64,000 bases of DNA from Methanomassiliicoccales archaeon (GTDB lineage Archaea; Thermoplasmatota; Thermoplasmata; Methanomassiliicoccales; UBA472). A program made the position numbers and the translations under genes. The DNA lies in the NCBI GenBank assembly GCA_016926075.1, contig JAFGPG010000069.1, positions 10,313 through 74,312 on the forward strand. Reading direction: 5' to 3'. Numbering within the stretch: the stretch's first letter is position 1; every line of letters starts with the position of its first letter. The notes under the pieces were generated by a model. It saw only the letters and a list, made by a program, of their open reading frames with translations. It did not search any database and had not been told where the DNA came from. This document shows positions 20,425 to 28,608 of the stretch, piece by piece.

Positions 20425-21000
20425 ATGAAGGTGGTGGCTTTCAACGGCAGTCCCAGGGTCAGCGGCAACACGCATCAGGCCCTGGAGGTGGTGCTCTCCG
20501 AGCTGAGGAAGGAGGGCATAGGAACGGAGCTGGTCGACATATGCAGGGAGGAGCTGAGGCCCTGCCAGGCCTGCGGGACCTGCGGCCGTAAGAAGGACGA
20601 GCGGTGCGTGATGGTAGACGACCGTCTGAACGAGTACGTGCAGATGATCAAGGCCGCGGACGGGATGCTCATCGGCTCCCCGGTCTACTTCGGCAACATG
20701 ACCGCACAGACGAAGGCACTCATTGATCGCCTGGGATATGTGGCCCGGGCCAACGGGGACCTCTTCCGGCGCAAGGTGGGGGCGGCGGTGGCCATCAACC
20801 GCAGGGCCGGTGCGCTGGAGACCTTCAGCGAGATCAACAAGCTCTTCCTCATCGGGCAGATGATCGTGCCGGGCAGCAACTACTGGAACGTGGGCACCGC
20901 CCAGAGATCGGGGGAGATCATGGAGGACGAGGAGGGGCTGCAGACCCTCCGGGTGCTGGGACGGAACATGGCCTGGCTCATCAAGAAGTTGAGCGAATGA
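20425..21000 (+). CDS. iron-sulfur flavoprotein-like NAD(P)H-dependent FMN reductase family protein
   Basis: MKVVAFNGSPRVSGNT, compact Cys motif CQACGTCGRKKDERC and flavodoxin-like GSPVYFGNM. ATG 20425 preferred (GAGAGGG upstream); track start is 20395. Confidence 0.8.
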   Translation: MKVVAFNGSPRVSGNTHQALEVVLSELRKEGIGTELVDICREELRPCQACGTCGRKKDERCVMVDDRLNEYVQMIKAADGMLIGSPVYFGNMTAQTKALIDRLGYVARANGDLFRRKVGAAVAINRRAGALETFSEINKLFLIGQMIVPGSNYWNVGTAQRSGEIMEDEEGLQTLRVLGRNMAWLIKKLSE

Positions 21001-21518
21001 AGGAACATCTGGGGCTGGTGCACGTCTACACCGGCGAGGGCAAGGGCAAGACCACCGCCGCCCTGGGCCTCTGCGTCAGGGCCGTCGGTCACGGGTACCG
21101 CGCCCTCATCGTGCAGTTCATGAAGACCGGGGGGACATATGGGGAGAACTTCCTGCGCCTTCCGGGACTGACGGTCGTACCGTCCGGGCACGACTGCCTG
21201 GTCTACTCCAAGGAGATCACCCCGGCCGACCGTGAGAAGGCCGCGGAGGGACTGACCCTGGCAAAGGAGGCCATGTCCCGGGGGGAGATGGACGTGGTGG
21301 TCCTGGACGAGGTCAACGTGGCCATCAAGTTCGGTCTGCTCAAGGTGGGGGAAGTGGCGCAGGCGGTGCGTTCACGGGCACCAGGGGTGGAGGTGGTGCT
21401 CACCGGCCGCGGCGCGCCGCAGGAGCTGCTGGACCTGGCCGATTACGTGACCGAGATGGTGGCGGAAAGGCATCCCTACGAGAAGGGCGTGCTCTCCCGG
21501 CAGGGCGTGGACCGGTGA
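20997..21518 (+). CDS. cobO: ATP:cob(I)alamin (corrinoid) adenosyltransferase, CobA/CobO/BtuR type
   Basis: 173 aa, VYTGEGKGKTTAALG P-loop family signature. ATGA overlap with the flavoprotein stop. Confidence 0.88.
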   Translation: MKEHLGLVHVYTGEGKGKTTAALGLCVRAVGHGYRALIVQFMKTGGTYGENFLRLPGLTVVPSGHDCLVYSKEITPADREKAAEGLTLAKEAMSRGEMDVVVLDEVNVAIKFGLLKVGEVAQAVRSRAPGVEVVLTGRGAPQELLDLADYVTEMVAERHPYEKGVLSRQGVDR

Positions 21519-21572
21519 CCGCGGGGGGCATGGGGGCAAGGATTATAGCCTAGCAGGCCCCACCTGATATAT

Positions 21573-21737
21573 ATGGCCGAGAAGGACCCCGAGAAGAACA
21601 AGAAGGAATGCACCTTTTGCGAAGCCTACGACTTTAAGGGCACTTGGACATGCGAATGCGACGCCATCAACCTCTCGCAGGATACCAAGTGCTGGAGATG
21701 CGGACGGTCGCGCTTCGAGGTGGAAGGAAAGGCCTAG
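21573..21737 (+). CDS. 54-aa zinc-finger mini-protein (RanBP2-like / zinc-ribbon)
   Basis: Below the track size cutoff. My translation: MAEKDPEKNKKECTFCEAYDFKGTWTCECDAINLSQDTKCWRCGRSRFEVEGKA. Contains three Cys pairs (CxxC, CxC, CxxC); codon usage resembles neighbouring genes. Confidence 0.6.
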   Translation: MAEKDPEKNKKECTFCEAYDFKGTWTCECDAINLSQDTKCWRCGRSRFEVEGKA

Positions 21738-22000
21738 AACCTCTCTGCCAGCTCCTTCATGTCCAGACGTAGCTGGATGACGTCCCCCACCACCCCGATG
21801 AGGTCGGTGGACACGTTGATGATGACCGGTTTGAACATCTTCTTCTTGATACCCAGCTCGCTGGCCGGTTCCCTAGGCACATCGACCATGATGCTCAGGA
21901 CGGTCCATTTGGTGGGGTCCAGCTTGGCTCCAGCCAACTCCCCCAGCTCGCGGCCGTCCTTGCTGATGACCCTCTTTCTCTCCACGCTGCTCAGTTCCAT
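21734..22000 (-). CDS. PRC-barrel domain protein
   Basis: MELSSVERKRVISKDGRELGELAGAKLDPTKWTVLSIMV... is typical of small archaeal PRC-barrel proteins. ATG 22000 has GGGAGGGG about 8 nt upstream (track start 22021). Confidence 0.75.
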   Translation of the reverse strand: MELSSVERKRVISKDGRELGELAGAKLDPTKWTVLSIMVDVPREPASELGIKKKMFKPVIINVSTDLIGVVGDVIQLRLDMKELAERF

Positions 22001-22048
22001 GTCGGAAGACCCCTCCCGCAATTGTTCAGGGCGGAGATAAGCGTTTGC

Positions 22049-22249
22049 TCATCTGAACAGGACCATGAGCAGGGCCACGATCAGAAATGCCAGGCCGGCC
22101 AGGGTCCAGCTGCCGGTAAGGAGAAGCACTATCAAGGCCACCAGTGTGGCCGGCAGGAACAGGATGAGGCTCCCCACCACCAACAGGAGCACCAATACAC
22201 CTATTCCCACCAGGAGCAGGAAGAGCAGCCAGGCCAATGCAGCGATCAT
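22049..22249 (-). CDS. 66-aa hydrophobic two-helix membrane peptide (hypothetical)
   Basis: MIAALAWLLFLLLVGIGVLVLLLVVGSLILFLPATLVALIVLLLTGSWTLAGLAFLIVALLMVLFR. G-rich SD-like run just upstream. Lies immediately upstream of the PRC-barrel gene on the same strand. Confidence 0.5.
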   Translation of the reverse strand: MIAALAWLLFLLLVGIGVLVLLLVVGSLILFLPATLVALIVLLLTGSWTLAGLAFLIVALLMVLFR

Positions 22250-22346
22250 CGAGCCCCCAGGGAAAACAGCTCATTAATCCTTTTCCGTCGATCCCTGCGA
22301 ACGACGCAGAAGGCTTTAATGGCGCGATCGTGGATTAGACCACTTG

Positions 22347-24206
22347 ATGGAAGAGGCCTTGCAGGAACAGTACCGCTCGAAGCTGCTCAGCGCCGAGGAG
22401 GCGGTGCTGAGGATCTCCCCCGGGAGCACGATCTTCCTGGGAACGGCCTGCGGGGAACCGCAGGCTTTAGTGAAGGCCTTGTTGGAGAAATCCTATGCCA
22501 TGGTGGACAGCGAGCTCATCCAGGCCATCTCGCTCGGCCTCACTTTCTATGCCGAGGAGAGGTTCATGGACCAGTTCCGCCTCAACGCCTTCTTCATCGG
22601 GCCCAACGTGCGCAACGCGGTCAACGAAGGACGCGCGGACTACACCCCGGTCAACCTCTCGGACATCGAACGCCTCTTCTCCAGTGGTCTCAAGCCAGTG
22701 GACGTGGCCCTCATACAGGTCTCCCCTCCGGACCAGGAAGGGTACTGCAACCTGGGGGTGTCGGTGGACATCACCATGTCCGCGGCCAGGCACGCCGACC
22801 TGGTCATCGCGGAGGTCAACCCTAACATGCCCCGGCTGGGCGGGGACAGCCGGCTGCATATCAGGGAGATAGATCATCTGGTGGAGAACGACCAGCCCCT
22901 GCTGGAGTTCACCGGGGAGGACGAGTCGTCCCGGGTGGTCCCCCGCATCGGCAAGAACGTGGCCGAGCTGGTGCCGGACGGAGCGACCATACAGGTGGGT
23001 TACGGAAACGTGCCGGACACCATTCTCACCAGCCTCTCACAAAAGAAGGACCTGGGGGTGCACACCGAGATGTTCTCTGATGGCATCATCGAACTGGTGG
23101 AGAAGGGCGTCATCAACGGCAGGAAGAAGACCCACCATCTCGGCAAGGTGGTGGCCTCCTTCTGCATGGGCAGCAAGCGCCTCTTCGATTTCATCGACGG
23201 CCATGAGATGTTCGAGATGTATCCATCCTCCTATACCAACGACCCCTGCAACATCTCCCGGAACGATGGCATGGTGGCCATCAACTCCGCTCTGGAGGTG
23301 GACCTCACAGGCCAGGTGTGCACCGACCAGATCGGGCAGCGCTTCTATTCGGGCATCGGGGGGCAGGCGGACTTCATGCGCGGGGCGGCCCGTTCCAAGG
23401 GCGGCAAGGCCATCATCGCTTTGCCCTCAACAGCCCATCATCATACCATCTCCCGGATCGTCCCCACCCTATCCTCCGGGGGCGGGGTGACCACCACCAG
23501 GGGGGACGTGCAGTTCGTGGTCACCGAGTACGGGGTGGCCGACCTGCGCGGGAAGAGCATCATGGAAAGGACCCTGGCCCTCATCGGCATCGCCCATCCC
23601 CGCTTCCGCTCCGAGCTGCTCATGCACGCCAAGTCCCTGCACTTCGTCTACCAGGACCAGCTGGAGGCCGGCTACGTGGGCGTGTACCCCGAGAAATGGG
23701 AGTTCGTGCGGGTGGTGGCGGACCACGAGCTGTTCTTCCGTCCGGCCAAGCCCACCGACGAGGGGATGCTCAAGGACATGTTCTACTCCCTGTCCTGGGA
23801 CACGGTGTACAACCGGTTCATGGGGCTCAAGCGCAGTATGCCGCACCGCGAGCTGCAGCGCATCGTGAACATCGACTACGACACACGCATGACCATATGC
23901 GGCTTCAACAACGAGGACGGTGTGTGGTCCATGGTTGCCTTCGCCATGTACGATATGGACAAGCAGAGCAACACCGCCGAGATCTCCTTCGCGGTCAGTG
24001 ACGAGTGGCAGAACAAGCGCATCGGCACCCTTCTCATGGAGACCATGATCGAGATCGCCCGCGAGCGCAAGATCAGGGCCTTCACCGCCGAGCTGCTGAC
24101 CGAGAACATGCGCATGCTGGACCTCTTCTACCGTACCGGGCTCAAGGTGGAGACCAGGCTGGTGGGGGACACCTATCTGGTGACCATCGACCTATGGACC
24201 AAGTGA
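22347..24206 (+). CDS. fusion protein: acetyl-CoA hydrolase/transferase-family domain + C-terminal Pat-type GNAT acetyltransferase domain
   Basis: 619 aa from ATG 22347 (track TTG 22344). The first ~450 aa resemble 4-hydroxybutyrate/acetyl-CoA transferase (...GIGGQADFMRGA...). The last ~170 aa read FRPAKPTDEGML...YNRFMG...IVNIDYDTRMTI...VSDEWQNKRIGTLLME..., matching Pat-like GNAT. Confidence 0.8.
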   Translation: MEEALQEQYRSKLLSAEEAVLRISPGSTIFLGTACGEPQALVKALLEKSYAMVDSELIQAISLGLTFYAEERFMDQFRLNAFFIGPNVRNAVNEGRADYTPVNLSDIERLFSSGLKPVDVALIQVSPPDQEGYCNLGVSVDITMSAARHADLVIAEVNPNMPRLGGDSRLHIREIDHLVENDQPLLEFTGEDESSRVVPRIGKNVAELVPDGATIQVGYGNVPDTILTSLSQKKDLGVHTEMFSDGIIELVEKGVINGRKKTHHLGKVVASFCMGSKRLFDFIDGHEMFEMYPSSYTNDPCNISRNDGMVAINSALEVDLTGQVCTDQIGQRFYSGIGGQADFMRGAARSKGGKAIIALPSTAHHHTISRIVPTLSSGGGVTTTRGDVQFVVTEYGVADLRGKSIMERTLALIGIAHPRFRSELLMHAKSLHFVYQDQLEAGYVGVYPEKWEFVRVVADHELFFRPAKPTDEGMLKDMFYSLSWDTVYNRFMGLKRSMPHRELQRIVNIDYDTRMTICGFNNEDGVWSMVAFAMYDMDKQSNTAEISFAVSDEWQNKRIGTLLMETMIEIARERKIRAFTAELLTENMRMLDLFYRTGLKVETRLVGDTYLVTIDLWTK

Positions 24207-24914
24207 ACCGCAGTCCGGGCACTCCGGGTTCCTGACGAAACGCACCTCGCTGACCTGGTCGTGGCGCAGGTCCAGGAAGAGCGCGTGCCCGTCGGCCTCC
24301 CCCATATCCAGCAACAGCTTGATGGCCTCCATGGCCTGCAGGGCACCGATGACCCCGGCCGCGGCGCCGATGACCGGCACAGGCCTTCTGCTGCTCACCA
24401 GGTCGGGGAAGGCGCAGCGCAGGCATGGCCCCCCTGGCACCAAGGTTAGCACGTGCCCGCCCATGCCCTCCACCGCCCCGTGCACCAGAGGGATGCGCCT
24501 AGCGAGGCAATGCCGGTTGAGGGCGTAGCGGCCCTGAGGGTTGTCCAGGCAGTCCAGGGCCAGGTCGGCGTCCTCCAGTATGTAGGAGTTATCATCCTCC
24601 AACAGCATGGGCAGGGCCTCCACACGCACCTCGGAGTTGAGCGCCTTCAGCTTGATGCGGGCCGATTCCACCTTGAAGCGGGGCAACAGGGCATCCTCCT
24701 CGTAATGCAGCACCTGACGGTTGAGGTTGGAGGCCTCCACCCTCCCGTCGTCAATGAGGATGAGCTTGCCCACCCCCGCCGCGGCCAGGTACTGGCAGGC
24801 CGGGGAGCCCAACCCCCCAATGCCCACCACGGCCACCGTGGACCGGCAGAGGCGTTCCTGGGCCGAGACCCCGAAACCCTCCATGGAAATCTGACGCGCG
24901 TAACGGTCCCTCAT
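24192..24914 (-). CDS. ThiF/MoeB/UbaA-type E1-like adenylyltransferase
   Basis: MRDRYARQISMEGFG, Rossmann VVGIGGLGSPACQYLAAAGVG and C-terminal CPDC. ATG 24914 preferred over track start 24977. Confidence 0.82.
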   Translation of the reverse strand: MRDRYARQISMEGFGVSAQERLCRSTVAVVGIGGLGSPACQYLAAAGVGKLILIDDGRVEASNLNRQVLHYEEDALLPRFKVESARIKLKALNSEVRVEALPMLLEDDNSYILEDADLALDCLDNPQGRYALNRHCLARRIPLVHGAVEGMGGHVLTLVPGGPCLRCAFPDLVSSRRPVPVIGAAAGVIGALQAMEAIKLLLDMGEADGHALFLDLRHDQVSEVRFVRNPECPDCGSLGP

Positions 24915-24975
24915 GGCGGGCCTAGATGACCCTATGCCGTTATAATCGATTCCCAGGGCTCCCCGCGCACGCCGC

Positions 24976-25941
24976 ATGTTTATTATTGGTCTCGATAATC
25001 CCCCTTTTCAGGGGGGACGCGAGGTGGAGACCGTCATCGAGGTCAAGGGCCTGGTCAAGGAATACGGAAAGCTGAGGGCGGTGGACAACATCGACCTGGA
25101 GGTCAAGGCCGGGGAGGTATACTCCATACTGGGCCCCAACGGGGCGGGGAAGACCACCTCCGTGGAGATCATGGAGTGCCTGAGGATCAAGACCTCCGGG
25201 GAGGTGCGCATCCTGGGTTACGACATAGACAAGGAACAGAGGGAGATACGCAAACGCATCGGCGTGCTTCCGCAGTCCTTCAATGCCTTCGAGTATCTGA
25301 CGGTGAAGGAGAACATCGACTATTTCGGCGACCTGTTCGACCGTCGTCTGGGCGCGGACGAGCTCATCGAGGCCGTGCAGCTGCAGGAAAAGCGCAACGT
25401 ATGGTTCATGAACCTTTCCGGAGGACTGAAGCAGAGGGTGGGGGTGGCCATCTCCATGGTCAACGACCCCGAGCTCATCTTCCTGGACGAGCCGACCACG
25501 GAACTGGACCCCAAGGCCCGCCGGGAGGTGTGGGAGGTCATACGCGACCTCAAGTCCAAGAACAAGACGGTCATCCTGACCACGCACTACATGGAGGAGG
25601 CCGAGATCCTCTCCGACCGGGTGGCCATCATGGACGACGGGCGCTTCATCGCCATGGGCACCCCGCGTGAGATCATCGACCGGCACGGCTCGGGCAGCAC
25701 CTGCGTGGTCAAGGCGGCCAACGATGCCGCCCTTCAGGCGGTGAAGGGGGCGGGCATGGACAGCGAGAACAAGGACGGCGACCTCTGGGTGAGGCTGGAG
25801 AACAAGGGGAGCCTGGCACGGCTGGTCAACCTGCTCTCGGCCGGAGAGGTCTCCTACGACGAGATGCTCATCAAGGGGAGCACCCTGGAGGACGTGTTCC
25901 TCAAGCTCACGGGGAAGAAGCTCGCGGAGGCGGAGGCATGA
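24976..25941 (+). CDS. ABC transporter ATP-binding protein (ABC-2 exporter type)
   Basis: Walker A GPNGAGKTT, signature LSGGLKQR, Walker B IFLDEPT. Alternative start GTG 25024 has a GGGGGGA SD upstream. Confidence 0.9.
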   Translation: MFIIGLDNPPFQGGREVETVIEVKGLVKEYGKLRAVDNIDLEVKAGEVYSILGPNGAGKTTSVEIMECLRIKTSGEVRILGYDIDKEQREIRKRIGVLPQSFNAFEYLTVKENIDYFGDLFDRRLGADELIEAVQLQEKRNVWFMNLSGGLKQRVGVAISMVNDPELIFLDEPTTELDPKARREVWEVIRDLKSKNKTVILTTHYMEEAEILSDRVAIMDDGRFIAMGTPREIIDRHGSGSTCVVKAANDAALQAVKGAGMDSENKDGDLWVRLENKGSLARLVNLLSAGEVSYDEMLIKGSTLEDVFLKLTGKKLAEAEA

Positions 25942-27035
25942 GGTTCAAGCACGTCCTGGTGGACCTCAAGGGGCAGGCCAAGTCCTTCTTCCGGGTCAAG
26001 AGCAACCTGTTCTGGACGCTGGCGTTCCCGCTCTTCCTCATCCTGGTGTTCGGGGCCATCTTCTCCAACATGGGGTCGGGAACGGTGATACTCAACGTGC
26101 AGAACCTGGACGGGGGTCCCGGTTCCACGCTCTTCCTGCAGTCCCTCGACGAGACCGGGGCCATCGAGCTCAGGTTCATCGATCCCCAGGCGGACCTGGA
26201 GCAACACATAAAGGACAACTCCCTGGCTCACGTGATGGTCCTGCCCCCGAACTTTTCGGAGGCATTCGTCCCGAACAGCACCGCCACGGCGCAGGTGGAA
26301 CTAAGGCTGGACGAGACCGTGTCCACCTCGTCCATAGTCCGCAACATCGTCAACGCGGTCGTGAACAACTATAACCTGGCCATGTCCGACGGGCGCGAGT
26401 ATCTCGAACTGGAGGTCGGCAGCATCATCCAGAAGCGCTTCACCTTCCTGGACTTCTTCGTACCCGGGGTCGTCGGCCTGACGGTCATGACCACCTGCGT
26501 GTTCTCCATGCAAGGCACCATATCGCGCTTCCGAGCGGCGGGGATATTCCGCAAGCTGGCAACCACGCCGATGACCCCCTTTGAATGGCTGCTTTCCCGC
26601 ATGATCTGGTTCCTGTTCATCTCCTTCCTAACCCTGGCCGTGGTCCTGGTGTTCGGCATACTGGTCTTCGGCATGAGCATGACCCTCAACGCCCCGGCCC
26701 TGCTCATGGTGATCGCCGCAAGCGCCATGTTCTCGGCACTGGGCATGATAATCGCCCGCTTCGTCAAGAACGAGGAGACGGCGAACATGGCCTCCAACGC
26801 CATCATCTTCCCCATGATGTTCCTCTCCGGGACCTTCTTCGAGCTGGAGATGATGCCCGGTTACATGCAGGACATCGCCTCTGTACTCCCCTTGACCTAC
26901 GTGAGCCAGGGGCTCAGGGACGCCATGGTGTTCAATAACTTGGACGGGGCCTACCTCAACCTTTTGGTGGTGGCCGTGATCGCCGTCATCTTCGTGGCCG
27001 TGGCCGTGCTGGTCACCAAGTGGGAGGAGGATTGA
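25938..27035 (+). CDS. ABC-2 type transporter permease
   Basis: 365 aa with an N-terminal TM helix, a large extracytoplasmic loop and a C-terminal 5-TM bundle. ATGA overlap with the ATPase gene. Confidence 0.85.
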   Translation: MRFKHVLVDLKGQAKSFFRVKSNLFWTLAFPLFLILVFGAIFSNMGSGTVILNVQNLDGGPGSTLFLQSLDETGAIELRFIDPQADLEQHIKDNSLAHVMVLPPNFSEAFVPNSTATAQVELRLDETVSTSSIVRNIVNAVVNNYNLAMSDGREYLELEVGSIIQKRFTFLDFFVPGVVGLTVMTTCVFSMQGTISRFRAAGIFRKLATTPMTPFEWLLSRMIWFLFISFLTLAVVLVFGILVFGMSMTLNAPALLMVIAASAMFSALGMIIARFVKNEETANMASNAIIFPMMFLSGTFFELEMMPGYMQDIASVLPLTYVSQGLRDAMVFNNLDGAYLNLLVVAVIAVIFVAVAVLVTKWEED

Positions 27036-27040
27036 AAAAA

Positions 27041-27068
27041 AGGCGCACGGTTAAATAACCCGGTGCGT
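27041..27068 (+). terminator. possible hairpin terminator after the ABC operon
   Basis: ggCGCACGGttaaataaCCcGGTGCGtc imperfect stem-loop 6 nt after the stop, followed by tctttcc. Confidence 0.35.
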
Positions 27069-27084
27069 CTTTCCAGGCGATCAC

Positions 27085-28575
27085 GTGCTCGGCAGAAAAT
27101 CATTCATCCTGTTCCTGTCGAAGATGCTCTCCGCAGCCCTGGCCTACATAGGGCTTTACTTCATCACCAGGTACCTGGGCGCCGAGATCTACGGTACAGT
27201 GGCCTGGACCATGGCCTTCGTGGCCACCTTCAACGCCGTGGCCGACCTAGGCTTCGGAAGCGCCCATGTCAAGCGCATATCGGAAGGATGCGATCCGAAC
27301 GAATGCATAAGCACCTATGCAGTGGTAAAACTGGCCCTGACCGGGATCATGGTGCTTTTCACCCTTTCTTCGGTCCTCATCTGGACCTCCGTGCTGGGAT
27401 ACACCCTGGAGGACACAAGTACGGAACTGATCATTCTCTTTGTACTGTACCAGGTGCTCTATGACGTTTCGACCATAGCTACCACCACCTTCCAGGCTAA
27501 GATGGAAATGGCCAAGATGCCCCTGGTGACATTGATCGACCCTTTTGTCCGGGTGCCCCTGGTCATATTCGTCTCTATAAATTATTTGGGAGTAATGGAA
27601 CTAGCATACGCTTACGTCATTGGGGCGTTGTTCGTTGCCACGTTCGGTACATTCCTACTTTTACGAGGCAAGGTGCGATGGCAACGTCCTGTGCTCTTCC
27701 GCTCCTATCTCACATTCGCCCTTCCCTTAATGGTCATCACCATCATCAGCACGATGAGCGGCAATGTGGATAAGCTTCTGATCGGATTCTTCTGGACCTC
27801 CACGGACGTCGGTCTCTACACCGCCCCGGCGGTGTTCCTGGGAGTTATGGCCACCATCAGCACGGCGGTCTCCACCCTGACCTTCCCTTCCTTTTCCAAA
27901 CTACACGCCGAGGGTAACATAGCCGAGATAAGGAAGATGTCCATGCAGGCAGAGCGGTACATCACTATGATCGGTTTGCCGATCACGTTGCTGATTATCA
28001 TATTCCCATACGAGGTCTGTCTGGTCCTTTTAGGTCCACGTTTCATTGACTCCGGAGACGTCATCGCCATCATGGCGGTGACCAATCTGCTGGTCATGAT
28101 CAATGCCGTGCACTGCTCGCAGATATTGGCCGTCGGCCGTCCCGATATTTCGGCCCGCATCACCATCTTCACGGTGGCATTGAATATTATCATGATGTTG
28201 CTATTCATACCAAACTTCGGTCTAGGGCTCTCGTTCGTAGGGGCGGCCTTGGCACTGATGATCGGTAACATAGTAGGGTTCATCATTGTCCGTTACGTGG
28301 TCTGGAGGCTCACAGGCACATCCCCGTACAAACGTCTTTCATTGCAGCTAGTGGCAGGTCTGTTTGCGGCGCTCACGATGTTCGCACTGGGCATGTTCAT
28401 AAGCATAGACCGGTGGTACACATTGATGCTGTTCGGACTGTTGGCTTTCGGAGTGTACTTAGGTGTGCTCGCTATAATGAGGGAGTTCACCCGGGCCGAC
28501 CTGGCCTACTTCCTTGAACTGGTCAACGTCAAGAAGATGCTGGTGTACATCCGCGACGAGCTAAGGACCAAGTGA
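27085..28575 (+). CDS. polysaccharide/oligosaccharide flippase (MOP/Wzx-like) membrane protein
   Basis: 496 aa from GTG 27085, about 14 TM helices. N-terminus LGRKSFILFLSKMLSAALAYIGLYFITRYLG is typical of the polysaccharide biosynthesis protein family. Visibly more AT-rich than its neighbours. Confidence 0.75.
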   Translation: MLGRKSFILFLSKMLSAALAYIGLYFITRYLGAEIYGTVAWTMAFVATFNAVADLGFGSAHVKRISEGCDPNECISTYAVVKLALTGIMVLFTLSSVLIWTSVLGYTLEDTSTELIILFVLYQVLYDVSTIATTTFQAKMEMAKMPLVTLIDPFVRVPLVIFVSINYLGVMELAYAYVIGALFVATFGTFLLLRGKVRWQRPVLFRSYLTFALPLMVITIISTMSGNVDKLLIGFFWTSTDVGLYTAPAVFLGVMATISTAVSTLTFPSFSKLHAEGNIAEIRKMSMQAERYITMIGLPITLLIIIFPYEVCLVLLGPRFIDSGDVIAIMAVTNLLVMINAVHCSQILAVGRPDISARITIFTVALNIIMMLLFIPNFGLGLSFVGAALALMIGNIVGFIIVRYVVWRLTGTSPYKRLSLQLVAGLFAALTMFALGMFISIDRWYTLMLFGLLAFGVYLGVLAIMREFTRADLAYFLELVNVKKMLVYIRDELRTK

Positions 28576-28608
28576 GAAAAAGAGGAAAATGAAAAGGTTT
28601 TGTAGCGC

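Noticed and set aside
22022-22825. 267-aa plus-strand ORF rich in H/Q/G
   Set aside because: It is low-complexity, overlaps the start of the CoA-transferase gene in another frame, and has no SD.
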